Shown here piece after piece: positions 37,386 through 49,709 of a stretch of DNA of 64,000 bases. The notes below the pieces were generated by a model. It was not told where the DNA came from and searched no databases. It was given only the letters and a program-made list of their open reading frames with translations. Origin of the DNA: Raja brachyura. Lineage: Eukaryota. Every line of letters begins with the position of its first letter. The first letter of the stretch is position 1. A program made the position numbers and the translations under genes. The stretch spans positions 2,108,001-2,172,000 of the forward strand of contig OY740808.1 of the NCBI GenBank assembly GCA_963514005.1. The letters are read 5' to 3'.

Positions 37386-38307
37386 CATGTTTTTAGGTGA
37401 GATCCTCAGTTTATACCAAATACTTCTGAAACAGGAATTTTGAAATTTGAAGCTTGTTTTCTAAGTGATAATAATAAGAAAAAGTGTAATAATTCTTAGA
37501 GTTGAATAATGTTCTGCTTCCACTCAGCAAGGAACAAGAGGGTGTGAGCCCAAAGGGATGGTGAACGTTCAGTTGGTAAATTTTGCAAACTAACATATTT
37601 CCTGTTCTTTCCACTGAGAGTTTGTTCTGTTTAATTTCAATCACTCAGCTTGCATCTGAATTGGTTATTGAGTATAACATTTTATGCAAAGTACACAGTG
37701 CAGGTTTTGAACGTAAATTAGAAATATAATATTAGCTGTCAAAATTTGTCCAGAGTAGATGTGGGATTTGGGATTTACTTGGAATACTGCTCCCCCATAT
37801 CCCTGAGTTTATTGTGGCAGCACATCTCTAATATGACCCCATTAAGGCAGCCTTAATTGAACCTGACAATTCGGTTTTTTTAAACAGCTTTCAGTATTCA
37901 CATGAGATGTGAGTTGAATAATTTATCATGTTTTTGAAATAGTGTTTTTGATGTTTTTTAAGTCAATCCAATGGTGATTGCTTAATCATATTAAGACATG
38001 AAAAAATGGTACCTAATCCAAGGGTTAAAAACATCAAATCAGGGGAATTCAATTTCCCTTGTGATCTGCACCATGAATAATTTTTCATAGCACCTAAAAA
38101 TGAGATGGAAATACAGTAAAACAACAGCACAGTGGGCTAAACAACAAAATGAGGTGCAATGAGTAAGCGAAGCAATCTCACAACCACTGAATGACATCAA
38201 AACCCTGCAGTCCTGCCATATGAAATCATGAATGGATGATGGATAATGAAACGGCTCATAGAGGTGGAGGTTGCAAGAACATTCCTATGTGCATCAATAG
38301 CATAGCC

Positions 38308-38893
38308 CAGGGGTGGGCAACATGCGGTCTTCTAGGCTATTAAGTGCGGCCTTTTGAATGAATCCAAATTTTGCAGAACAAATCTTTATTTTTATTTCAG
38401 AAGGAACTGCAGATGCTGCAAAATCGAAGGTAGACAAAAATGCTGGAGAAACTCAGCGGGTGAGGCAGCATCTATGGATCGAAGGAAATAGGCAACGTTT
38501 CGGGTCGAGATCCTTCTTCTGGTCTGAAGAAGGGTCTCGACCCGAAACGCCGCCTATTTCCTTCGCTCCATAGATGCTGCCTAACCCGCCGAGTTTCTCC
38601 AACATTTTTGTCTACCTTTCATTTTTATTAATATGTTTTTGTTCATCTTTTATTAATTTTTATTTTAATCTTAAAATGAACTTGCATAAAATACCAAAGA
38701 GTACAAGAAGATTCAACAAAATAATTCTCCCCGACTGACAACCACAATTAAAACATTAGTAAGTCATGAGGGCTATTTTAACAAAACAATGTACATTTTG
38801 AAGTATATCTAATTGAAGTTTCTTGGATGCGGTCTTATTAGATTTCAGCTAACATAATGCGGAATTCCAACATGAAAAGGTTCCCCTCCCCTG
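38308..38893. mobile_element. hAT (Charlie-like) non-autonomous DNA transposon containing a nested fold-back pLTR element (38400-38617)
   Basis: TIRs caggggtgggcaac ... gttcccctcccctg. 8-bp TSD gcatagcc/gcatggcc (38300-38307, 38894-38901; one mismatch). Confidence 0.8.
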
Positions 38894-41796
38894 GCATGGC
38901 CCAATGCAAGCACTAAAGACGAGGCCAAATGTTGAATAGATGTTTCGCTTCAACTTCCTCATGAGAGCCCAGCATCACGGTGATCAGTCTTTAGCCAATC
39001 TCATTTGCTTCAGGTAATATCCTAAAAATACCTGGACCAAAAGACATTGGACTAAACAGCAATCTAGATATTGTATTGGTTTATTACGGGCACATGTGTT
39101 GAGATATAGTGAATAGCTTTTGTTTACATGCTGTCAAATTGAATCGGGTACCATACATGAGTATATTCAAGCACACGTAGAATAGTAGTGCAGAGGAAAA
39201 TACCAGAGTGCAGAATGTAGCGTTACAGCATTGAACCATTATAGTTATCAAGAAAAAGTCCATCGTTTGCAATGAGGTAGGTTGGAAGATCTGCGGCATC
39301 CCGGACAGATGCTTGTATCCAAAAAAATATTTGTGTCTCAAAATAAGCAGAATGTTTTTCAGATTTGGCTCGGGTCACGTTTCCTGCTCGACAAGCACAA
39401 TATCTGGTTGAGACGGTGGGGAGTGGGGAACAACTGCTTCTACCACCACCCTGCCAGCAGATCAGTCATAGCTAGCATAGGAGTCATTTGGGACTCTTGT
39501 GTGAATACATTGTCTCTTCAATTGTTCAGTGTTCATTTTAAGCCTTATGGGAGAATTCCACAAATGTGTGAGTGATATTGGCTGGCATCTAACACCCATA
39601 TAAGTAAATACCAGTTGGAGTCTTCTCTAAAAAGGCTGGGTTAAAGAGAAAATTAAATGGAAGACTGGGATGAATGCAGAAGACCCATTGGGCTAGATTG
39701 CTGTGTGTATTTATTTGTTCCCGACATCAAACTGTTTGAGAGCATGCAAAAACCTCAATACCAGAAGCATTCAGCATGGACTGTCAGATGAGTTGCCACC
39801 TATTGTGTCCAAATAGGATGAGGCAAGTGGCTTCAGAACTGATTTGATCCATTTCTGTCTGTTATTATATCAGCCTCAAGTTGGAATCATTTGTACAAGA
39901 CTGGATTTTCTGAGCATCGTGGTCACCTGGGGTCATTTAATTACTTCACTGTCGGGTTGCCTTAGAAGTAGTTGAACGTGTAACATTTCATTACTTTACT
40001 AATAGCTAATTTGATTAAGGCAGTGCATAAGTGACCATTGCAGACCAAAAGGTCCCTGTTCAATCTCTAGTCTGCATTTAATTAGTTCATTTCTGCCATG
40101 GCTGCAGTAGTACGCCCATTCCTAATGGTTTTGAAACATCTGGTTTTGAAATTGCTCATTTGAATGCCTCAGGGGTAGGATGGGACATAACTGCATTTGC
40201 CCTATACTCAAACAGAACCAGTGCTCATTGTTTAGGCTTGCATTTGATGACATTTCATGAAACTCGTGTGACGGCTGGAAGTGTGCTTGGCAGCCATGAA
40301 ACCATATCTTAGCTATTGTTACAAAATGATTATTGAAAACTCCACCAATACCCCACACTACATCTGTTTAAATGTTGTGCTTGTATGTCTGGAGTGAGTT
40401 TGACCTCACAACCATCTAACTCAGAGGCAAAGTCCAATGTGTGAGGTTAAAGCTACTTAATGAACAATACAAATTGTGCTTTTTTGACAAAATCAGATAT
40501 GCTGAATATTTATGATATCATTCTTTCCACCTTTATCTATTTTTAATGTAACTGGGATTGTGATATTTTGAATTGTGTGAAATATGTTGCCAAATATGAG
40601 GAAATACATTTTAAGTCATCAGTGGCTATGGGAAAAGCTCCTGCATTATTTAGAATGTTTGTGGTGTTAATTGTTAGGCATTTTTACACAGTTTTCCATT
40701 TGCACAATAAAATTCCGCTTTCAAAGTGATTTATTTTTTAAGAAAATTGTAAATGGAAGGTACTTTCTTGAATGAGAATTACTGCACTCATGGTGGTCTC
40801 CTTTTACAAGCAAGGTTGCTTTTTAGTTTAAATTTAAAATCTAGTTCCGATTTCTTGTCTAAAGTCTTGCTTTGGAAAGGCAAGTTGACAAGAAGTCAAT
40901 ACTAAGCTGTCTGAAACTGTAAATATCCATTAATGTTTCCCTATGGACAAAGCAACTGAGCCCCCTCTCTGCGTAGAGCTGCTAACCTACATAAAATCAC
41001 ATCAGGGACTGACAAGTAATTTGACAGGTCAAGGTTACAGTTTCAGGTAGTAGACGGGAACAGTCTCTGGGTCGCTCGTGTTTCAATATGAGCAATCAAG
41101 GAACCAGATGTTATGTGTGTTTATTGATTGAAAGTGGATATGTTGCCCTTTCAGCCTGAACTTTGCCTTCCCTGTTAAGGGATGCAATTTGCAGTTTCGT
41201 CTCACCATTCGTAGCAGTGTCTCTTTCTTAGTGAAACCCCTTGAGCATGCTGAAGGTTCCTTGTGGGTTTGTCAGAAGAAGTGAATTAAATTTAAATTTA
41301 ATTGCAAACTCAAAAGACACCTGGGAAAAGATGAATGAAAGGCTGCCATTTGATTTATGCCGTGTGCGGTAGGTTAGATTGATTTCTCGATCGATCTGAA
41401 TTAGAATCTATTACATTTCATTTTTGAAGTAATCACTTGCACTGGTTACTTTTTTCCTTTGCCCGAATGAAGATCATTTACACTTCTCTTTACAGAAATG
41501 ATTTTAATTTATAATTAAATCATGGTATCAGCCTCTTTCGGTCTTTATTCAGAATACCATATCAATAAATGCCGAGTCACTTTATTGTGACGCCGCTTTC
41601 ACCCGCAACCAGACTCTGCTAACTAGCAACACCAAATCTCCTCTCCGTTTTGTGTGGAATGATAAAGTTTACAATTCTCGCAATTTCCTGTTGAATTGAT
41701 GCAGGTTTCAGTAGTAGATGAGTGTAAAATCCAAATATACATTTTATGTGTAATTGACTAGTTACATGTATCAATAACATCACACTATACAATAAC

Positions 41797-42058
41797 TAGT
41801 TTAGTTTAGAGATGCAACAAATGGAAACAAGTCCTTCGGCCCACCGAGTCTGTGCCAGCCAGCGACTAGTTCTATCCTGCACACTAGAGACAATTTACAG
41901 AAGCCAATGAGCCTATAAACCTGCATGCCTTTGGAATGTGGGCGAAACCGGAGCAAACCCTTACAAACTCCATACTGACAGCACCCATAGTCGGGATCGA
42001 AACCGGAGTCTCTGGCACTGTGAACAGCTACTCTACTGTTGTGCCACTGTGCCACCCT
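41797..42058 (-). mobile_element. HE1-type V-SINE
   Basis: The minus strand begins gggtggcacagtggcac, has the B-box-like ggtttcgatccc, and ends ...ctctaaactaaacta. Confidence 0.8.
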
Positions 42059-42219
42059 AAACTACATCTCTAGGTTCTTCCTTTTAAAAAAAAAAAAATC
42101 TCTCAAGCACTTATGTTCTCTCCCTTAAAATATGTGTGTGTATGTGTCGTCAGCCATCCCTTCTCTCCAGAGATGCTGCTTCACCCATTGAGTTACTCCA
42201 GAATTTTGTGTGTATTTAA

Positions 42220-42405
42220 NNNNNNNNNNNNNNNNNNNNNNNNNNNNNNNNNNNNNNNNNNNNNNNNNNNNNNNNNNNNNNNNNNNNNNNNNNNNNNNNN
42301 NNNNNNNNNNNNNNNNNNNNNNNNNNNNNNNNNNNNNNNNNNNNNNNNNNNNNNNNNNNNNNNNNNNNNNNNNNNNNNNNNNNNNNNNNNNNNNNNNNNN
42401 NNNNN
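42220..42405. other. Assembly gap (186 N)
   Basis: Run of N, preceded by a pLTR fragment at 42148-42218. Confidence 1.
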
Positions 42406-45400
42406 TGATGCCACTTTAATCCAATCTGCCTGTCCATGCCCTGCCTGTTTGTGCCTCATTAAATGCCTCCGGGAGGCATATAGTCCAGCCCATTTGTATT
42501 GCTACTGTCATATTTTCACACAACGCAAGGTTATATTTTCTTCCCTGAGTCTTGTTTCCAAATTCTATTGCATCTTTCAGTTTGGATTTTCTCTGCCATC
42601 CATCTCTACATCCTATTCACTCGCCTGAATGTACCTGCAGTCCTTTGCAATCTTTTTCACAATTTGGTATGGTTATAGTTCAATATTCCTCTTTCAGAAA
42701 CTGACCAGATCGATTGTAAATAAGATCAGCCCCGCATAGTATCCCTTGGAACGTGTCTTTAACGTTTCAGTGGCAAAACAATCTTGTGACAACTTTGTTT
42801 TACTTTCTACCTTAAACTATTTCTCAATCCGGGCAGCAACATCTCCTATAATATATGCAGGTTTGCCACATAATTTGGAAAACATACTGTCATAGTATCA
42901 CCACAAAATCTGTTAAATGTCTTACTTTTTCCTCATTTGTAAACCTAAAAATACCGGATTTACTGTTTCCCATCTGTTTTAATTATGCCTACTTAACATA
43001 TTGTATCATTGGTCAGGTAACTGGTTTTATATAAAAACATGCCTCTGGTATGTTGGAACATTTTGTTCAAATAAGAATGTCAGTTTCCTGACACTGTGCA
43101 GCAGATCAAAGCAGAGAAAACATGGAAAATATCAAAACTGGAGGTTTTTTATTGGAATGAAGTAAACATTCATAAGATCAGTAGCATAAGGGCACAAATA
43201 GAGGTAAACAGATTAAATCTAATCACTATATCATACATAGATAATGTTGTAAAATGAACCCAAGGCTGGGAAATGAAAATACAGATACCTTGATATTCAG
43301 AAAATAAATGAATTGTAAAAGAGACCGTGAGTCTAAGCTCTGGTAAAGAATTATTTCAGGAAAGTAGTCAGAGAAGATCTTAGCAGAAGAGATCATCAGT
43401 AAGTAGAATAATTTTTGTCTGAAGATGAGGAATGCCAATAGGCAAATACTGTCAGCAATGGTAGCTGGGAAGTAATATCACTTTGCAACAAAAGTAATGC
43501 AATAATCGTCATTGACTTGTGGATAAGTAAGTATTTGAAAAGCATTGAGCTTAGTTTCCGGGAGTATGATGAGAAACGAGTCACACTTTTCCAGTTCTGA
43601 ATTAGTGTAATGACGTGGGGGAGCACGAGGGTGGTATGGAATACAACTCCAGCCTTTCCTTAGTCAGTCTTTCTAACATCCTTGTAAACCTTTATTGTGC
43701 CATTTCCAGTTTAATGGCATATTTCTTACTGGACACAGGAATCCAAATATACTTACCAACATTTTGTACAGCAATAACATATTATTTGACTCCTGTACTC
43801 AATACCCTAGGCCTCTCTGTTCAACACACTTCCCAAGTGCTCTACCATTTACTATGAAAGTATTACCTTGGTTTATCTTACCCATACGCGGCACCTTACA
43901 TTTATATGAACTGAACTCTCATCTGCCACAACACCTTAGGATAGACTTGATTTGGTTCCAGGTATGTATCTACCTTGTTTAAACCTCTAACACAACCTCA
44001 TCTGTAATATGGACACGACAAAATATCACCATAAACTTCCCCTGATCCCCTTGCATCAAGATGTTCTCCACAGTAAATACATATGAAAAATATTTGTTTC
44101 GGACCTCTCCTGGATACTGCAGCTCCCCAAATAGACGATCTATAAGGAATCCCATACTCTCCCCTCCAATATACTTGTAGATTCTCCTTTCCCTCATCTG
44201 TCTTTTTGTCCTCTTAATGTCCCTCTTCAGTGTATTCTCACCCTCCACTCCCCAAGGGTTTCACTTGATCCCAGCTGCATACACTCGACGTAAATAGTTC
44301 ATCCTCCAATTAAATATTGGCCTGAGTTAGCTGCATCTTACCCACTCTGGGATTGCTTGAAACCTAATTTTTCCGCTCCAAGAGTTATATTTTAATATGT
44401 AAAAAGATTGATCCCACTAAAATAATGAACTTTAAAACGATACTCGTACAGCTTAGGGACTATAATGCTAAGGTAATATCTCGAGTGTGCTTGGTCTCAA
44501 TTTGCAAAAACATTTTGCATAAGTTATTTGTTTATCCATTTTGCAGGGATCAAGTTTTGATTGAATCTAAGAAAGGGTGAAAAATAATGTGGCTATAAAC
44601 AGAAGCACAAACATCATAAATACATTGCTTTTTTCCAAAATCGAAAGTGGCAGAACTAACATTAATTGTGCTGTAAAACTAGATGCTTCCCTTGCTGAAA
44701 ATACTAGGCATTTTCATGCCTTTGTGTTAACACAGTGCAGTTTAGCTCTCAGCTCATTTAATTTCTTCTCATGCATTTTACGTAGGTTCAAAACATGCTT
44801 TCTGTTATACACTCAAGCTGCTGCTTGTGTTCACTTTATAGCTTTCCAGATGTCTTGATATTTATGAAGCATCATGCCAGCTTTCCTGATGGTGATTCTC
44901 ATGGCTGCAATCTGTTGTTCCTGCAGCAGACTGCTGGGAGATTACTGTAAAGTCTGCTGTATGTGTTCAAATTACTGAATTGTCTTAACAAGATTAGGCC
45001 AAGGATGCAGGGGAGCATCTTAGAGGTTTTCAACATCATGTCTGTGTAAATATTTATCGCAAGGGTATGCTTCCTTACAGTTTTTTCTAAACAAATGTTT
45101 GACATTTGATCAGACATAGAACAGATGGTTGTTGATTTAGTCCCATTTTTGAAGTCAGGAAAGCGAGTCTTATTAAGTAGAAGTTTATATTCCTCAGCAC
45201 TCAGCGTGAATCCCCTGAGAGCTGCACTTAAGGAAGAAACTAAATCAAAATACACAACGTGCTGAAAGACTAAATTTTACTCTAGAATAAAGACAACACT
45301 ACAGCAAAGTGCACATTATACAATAATACTGAACATTGAATTGAAAATTAATCTCAGCAATTCGTTACACATTTGCCTGGATGTTGGTAAATAATTTTAA

Positions 45401-46479
45401 TTATCTCGAGGAGGCGTGAAGTTATGAACAGCCTTATCTCGATATTTTTCTTAAAAAAAGCAGTGCTTTTTATTCCACTTTTGTCATTTTGGTTTTCATA
45501 ATTTATTACATTGTAAACGCCAGACCTAAAGCGTTAAAACTAAATCTACCCGTGTAACTGGTGACTTAATGCGGAAATTGCCTGAGGGAGTTGCGTGCAA
45601 ATTAACATTTTTGAATGGATCAGAATTAAATTTGTGGCTCAGAATGATGCAAGGCGAAAATATCTGATGCATGGGAGATTGATACTAGTTCCATTGGGAC
45701 AGGCTCCACTTAAATAGAACTGGTATCAGACAGAACATTAGGCTATAGGCAAGGTTTTAATCTAATAAAGGTTGTTCAAGAGGTATAGGCTGAGTTCAGG
45801 TGAGGGAAAACGTATAGGTTTTACAAGAGCAAGCAATCTGAATCGCAGACTTCTAAAAGTAGAGCAAAGATAACACCATTATTTCCGAAAGATGGAGAGA
45901 AATTGCAGGAGACTATAGACCTTTTTATTCTTGACAACATGCTGAAACCCATCATTATGTGCATGGCAGTGGGCACTTTGAAAATAATATGATTAAATAC
46001 AGTCCATTTGATATATATATTATTGATGAGGATAATGGACTTTTTTTGAGGATGTAACTGGCAAGTTAATTCACGGGATTTATAAGTGGCATCACAAACA
46101 AACTGGCTGCCAAAGATTCATGGGGTTAGGGATTGGTTAAAAAGCATAAAGCAAAGAAGGAATAAACATGTGTTTTTACTTTAGCATACTGTTACATTTG
46201 GATGCCACATAAATTGGTCCTGGAGCCTAAAATATTAACTATTTATGACAGATAAAAATATAAATGTGTATGATGTTTCATTATTTGCAGTGAACCAGAG
46301 CTTGGTACAATAGACAATAAACAATAGGTGCAGGAGTAGGCCATTCGGCCCTTCGAGCTAGCACCGCCATTCAATGTGATGGCTGATCATCCACAATCAT
46401 GTGAAACTGAGAGGGCACATTTGAACACATACAGTAGACTTTACAGTAATCTCCCAGCAGTCAGCAGTCGTTTGTTGTT

Positions 46480-46710
46480 GGAAGGAACTGCAGATGCTGG
46501 TTTAAACCGAAGATAGGCACAATGCTAGAGTAATTCAGCAGGACAGGCAGCATCTCTGGATAGAAGGAATGGGTGACGTTTCAGGTTGAGACCCTTCCTC
46601 ACCCTTCTCTCAGTCCGAAGAAGGGTCTCGACCAGAAACGTCACCCATTCCTTCTATCCAGAGATGCTGCCTGTCTAACTGAGTTACTCCAACATTTTGT
46701 GTATATCTTT
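46480..46710. mobile_element. Fold-back pLTR-derived element
   Basis: gaaggaactgcagatgctgg...gggtgacgtttcaggttgagaccc | gaagaagggtctcgaccagaaacgtcacccattcc... Confidence 0.85.
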
Positions 46711-47619
46711 GATAGGTTAAGATCTGGACATGGCAGGGCTCAAAATTAGCGGTTGCCCGGGTCCAATGACCACCCAATGTGCCGCCGGGCAACCTAAACG
46801 CCAACTCATTTTGCCCGGCTTGGCAAGCAAATACTGGTTTATACCGATAGACACAAAAAACTGGAGTAACTCCGCGGGTCAGGCAGCATCTCTGGAGAAT
46901 AGGAGCGTGACGTTTCGTGTCGACGGCGGTGGCTGTATTCCTGTAGTATCTTTGATTGCGGGGCAAAGATACCAGGTGCAGGGTGAGGATGGGTCGGAGC
47001 GAATGATGGGACCCGAACAGCGGCAGCAGCGGCTCTACCGCCTCCTCCCCCCGCACCCCGCCTGGTGGAAGGAGCCCTCCTTCCCTCCCTCCTCCCGGCC
47101 TCGGCGTGCGAGAGGGGTTGTTTTGAAAGCGCAGTTGGTGGCTTTGCAGCTGTAGCTTTTGATTTGCAGGCAGCGGCCGCTATCGCCCTGATAACGGCCG
47201 CTGCCTGCAAACCCGTTAACGGCGCTTTCAATACAACCCCTCTCGCACGCCAAGGGGGGGAGAGAGAGAGAGGGAGGGAGGCGGAGGTCTCCTTCCGCCA
47301 ACTGAAGCAGCTGCACCAAAGATCTTATAGTTATAGGATCTTTGAGCTGCACCGCTCGGCCCCGCACCTTGCTGGCGGTGGCGACGAGTTCCCAACCGCC
47401 TCCCCCTTTGGTGGCGGCACTTTGACGTTGGACAGGGACGGCCAAGGCTGCGGTGCGATGTTGTCCGAGGAGCGCTGACCTCCTTCTCTCCCCACCTCCT
47501 CTGCCCCTTCTCCTCCCCCCCCTTTCTCTCTTGCTCTCGCTCTCGCTCTCTTGCTCTCTCTCTCGCTCTCTCTCTCCCCCCCCCCCCCTCCACCACTCTT
47601 AGCCTGGGACTCCTCCTCT

Positions 47620-48006
47620 CCATCCCGCACTGATCCCCATTCCCTCCTCTATTCAGTCCTCACTGACATCCCCTGTGCTCCCCTCCCCATCTACCCCCCC
47701 CAATCTATTCATCACCCTACCAACCTCGCATTGATTCTCCTGCCACCCCCCCATCCATCCTACACTGGTCCCCCAATTCATCCTGTACTGACCCCCCTTC
47801 CCATCCATCCTGCGCTTCTCCCCCCCAGTCAGACTTCCACTGACCCACCTTCCATTTACACTGCACCAAACCTCCCATCCAACCTGTAGTGATCTCCTCA
47901 ATCATCTTTTACTGATCCCCATTCATCCTGTACTGATCCCCTCATGCATCCTGTACTGATCCCCTCATTCATCCCGTACTGAGCCCCCCATTCATCCTAT
48001 ACTGAT
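47620..48006. repeat. C-rich degenerate 21-23 bp minisatellite, preceded by (CT)n/poly-C low-complexity sequence at 47480-47590
   Basis: Units actgatcccc(tc)attcatcctgt at 47911, 47932, 47955 and 47978, with diverged copies upstream. Confidence 0.8.
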
Positions 48007-48438
48007 TATGGATAAATTATGTGGGAAGCCAGAGTGTTTCTGTGCCAATAGCAATAACGACCCATGCTATGGCCATGTCATGGTAATTTTCGGTCCTTCA
48101 CAAAAAACACGCTTGCATCAATCTGTAGTGTGCATGGTCCAGGATTTATTGGCACATGTTGATCATTTGCTGAATAATCCAACCACATTTTTGTTTGGAA
48201 GTGGAATGAACTAATAGAAATTGCATTCATTGCAATATGTAAAAAGAGTTGAGATATTGTATTATAATGTTGTTGCATATCATTGTGGTCATTTAAGATG
48301 GATAGGAAGGGGGGTCAGTACAGGATGAATTGGGGGACCAGTGTAGAATGGATGGGGGGGTGGCAGGAGAATATCATGTCTTCATTGGTGAATATGTTTA
48401 GTTTGTGAGTTATTTGAAGCAGAAATAATATGTGAATG

Positions 48439-48656
48439 TAGACAAAAGTGCTGGAGAAACTCAGCGGATGCGGCAGCATCTATGGAGCGAAGGAAATAGG
48501 CAACGTTTCGGGCCAAAACCCTTCTTCAGATTGATGGGTTTTGGCCTGAAACGTTGCCTATTTCCTTCGCTCTCTAGATGCTGCTGCACCCGCCGAGTTT
48601 CTCCAGCACTTTTGTCTACCTTCGAATTTTCCAGTATCTGCAGTTCCTTCTTGAAC
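48439..48656. mobile_element. Fold-back pLTR-derived element with 14-bp TSD
   Basis: TSD ataatatgtgaatg at 48425-48438 and 48657-48670. Arms are near-perfectly complementary. Confidence 0.9.
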
Positions 48657-49020
48657 ATAATATGTGAATGCTTCATTGAGCATAATTCTGACTGGTAACT
48701 ACGCACTTCGTTCGAGCACATTATCGCACGCGTCATGCAAACCGTCTTAAATGACCACCTAAACTGTCATTTGGCAACCTAAAAAGATGTCGAGATTGCC
48801 CGGCTGGCTACAGGGGAAAAAAGTTAAGTGAGAGCCCTGCATGGTAATGTAGCAAAATGTATCATTTTATTTTTCTCTTTTTCCAACTCATATTTTTAAT
48901 ATGTTGGTTACACCAGGGGATCTTGGCTCCAAAACGTGTAGTTAACAATTGGGAATTCTGTTTTAATTGGAGGCACTAATTTAAGGATATTGTTTTGGCT
49001 GTTGTGAAATTGCGATGTAA

Positions 49021-49709
49021 AGGGCGTGTCCCACAGCAGCGACCTAATTTGCGAGTTTAGAAGAGTTTGCTCTAGACACAAACTCGCAGCATGGTCAACA
49101 CGTGGTCCTAGGTCACTGGAACTCTCCTTCATGCTCGAGGGAAGTTCCCGCATACTCGCGGCCTCAGTTTGGTCGAGGAGAATTTTTCAACCTGCTGAAA
49201 AAATTTCCGCGAGTAAAAATTGGTCGGCATGGTTCTTTTGAACTCGTAGTGCAATGGAGTGGGGTCGCTATGTAGTTATAGGCAGTTGAGGGTAGCCGTA
49301 GGCAATCTCCTTTGCTGACTGGGCATTTTAATTGGCTCGGGAGTTTTCAGGGCCAAGGAAAAGCGGTCGGTAATGTTAAGTGCCCGCTAAACTTTATTAA
49401 AAGTTGTCTGGCATCTTAAAAGTGTCTCCAATCCTTCTACCCCCTTCTCTCCCCTCCTCCGCGCTCTCTAAAGGACTTACCGTACACTGTGGCAGCCGTC
49501 TTTTACCTTCCTGTTCATTGCAGGTGTGAATTTCAGACCGCGCTCCCCCGCTTTCCCTGGCCTTTGCGATGTGTTTGTGTGTTGACGGTCAATCCAGCTC
49601 ATGATTTCATCGCTGACTGTCGATTCAGCTCGAGGGTTTTCAGGCGCGTGGACTCGAGCTTGAAGGTCAAAGACAGTCGCTGAAAAGTGGCGTTAGTGGG
49701 ACAGGCCCT
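49021..49709. mobile_element. PIF/Harbinger-like MITE, long version
   Basis: taa|agggcgtgtcccac ... gtgggacaggccct|tta. Imperfect version of the internal palindrome at 49181-49205. Confidence 0.75.

Larger units (their letters stand above)
46734..48839. mobile_element. Composite non-autonomous hAT-like DNA transposon (2.1 kb) with apparent 5-bp TSD
   Basis: Termini cagggctc...gagccctg, subterminal ttgcccgg/ggcaacc motifs at both ends, and catgg on both flanks (46729-46733, 48840-48844). Confidence 0.7.

Noticed and set aside
42113-42628. ORFs spanning the N run
   Set aside because: Artefacts of the assembly gap.
46610-47905. CpG-island-like region with many 100-148 aa ORFs, suggesting a promoter or gene
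   Set aside because: Lies inside a transposon with low-complexity and hairpin sequence; the peptides are compositionally biased and have no domain.
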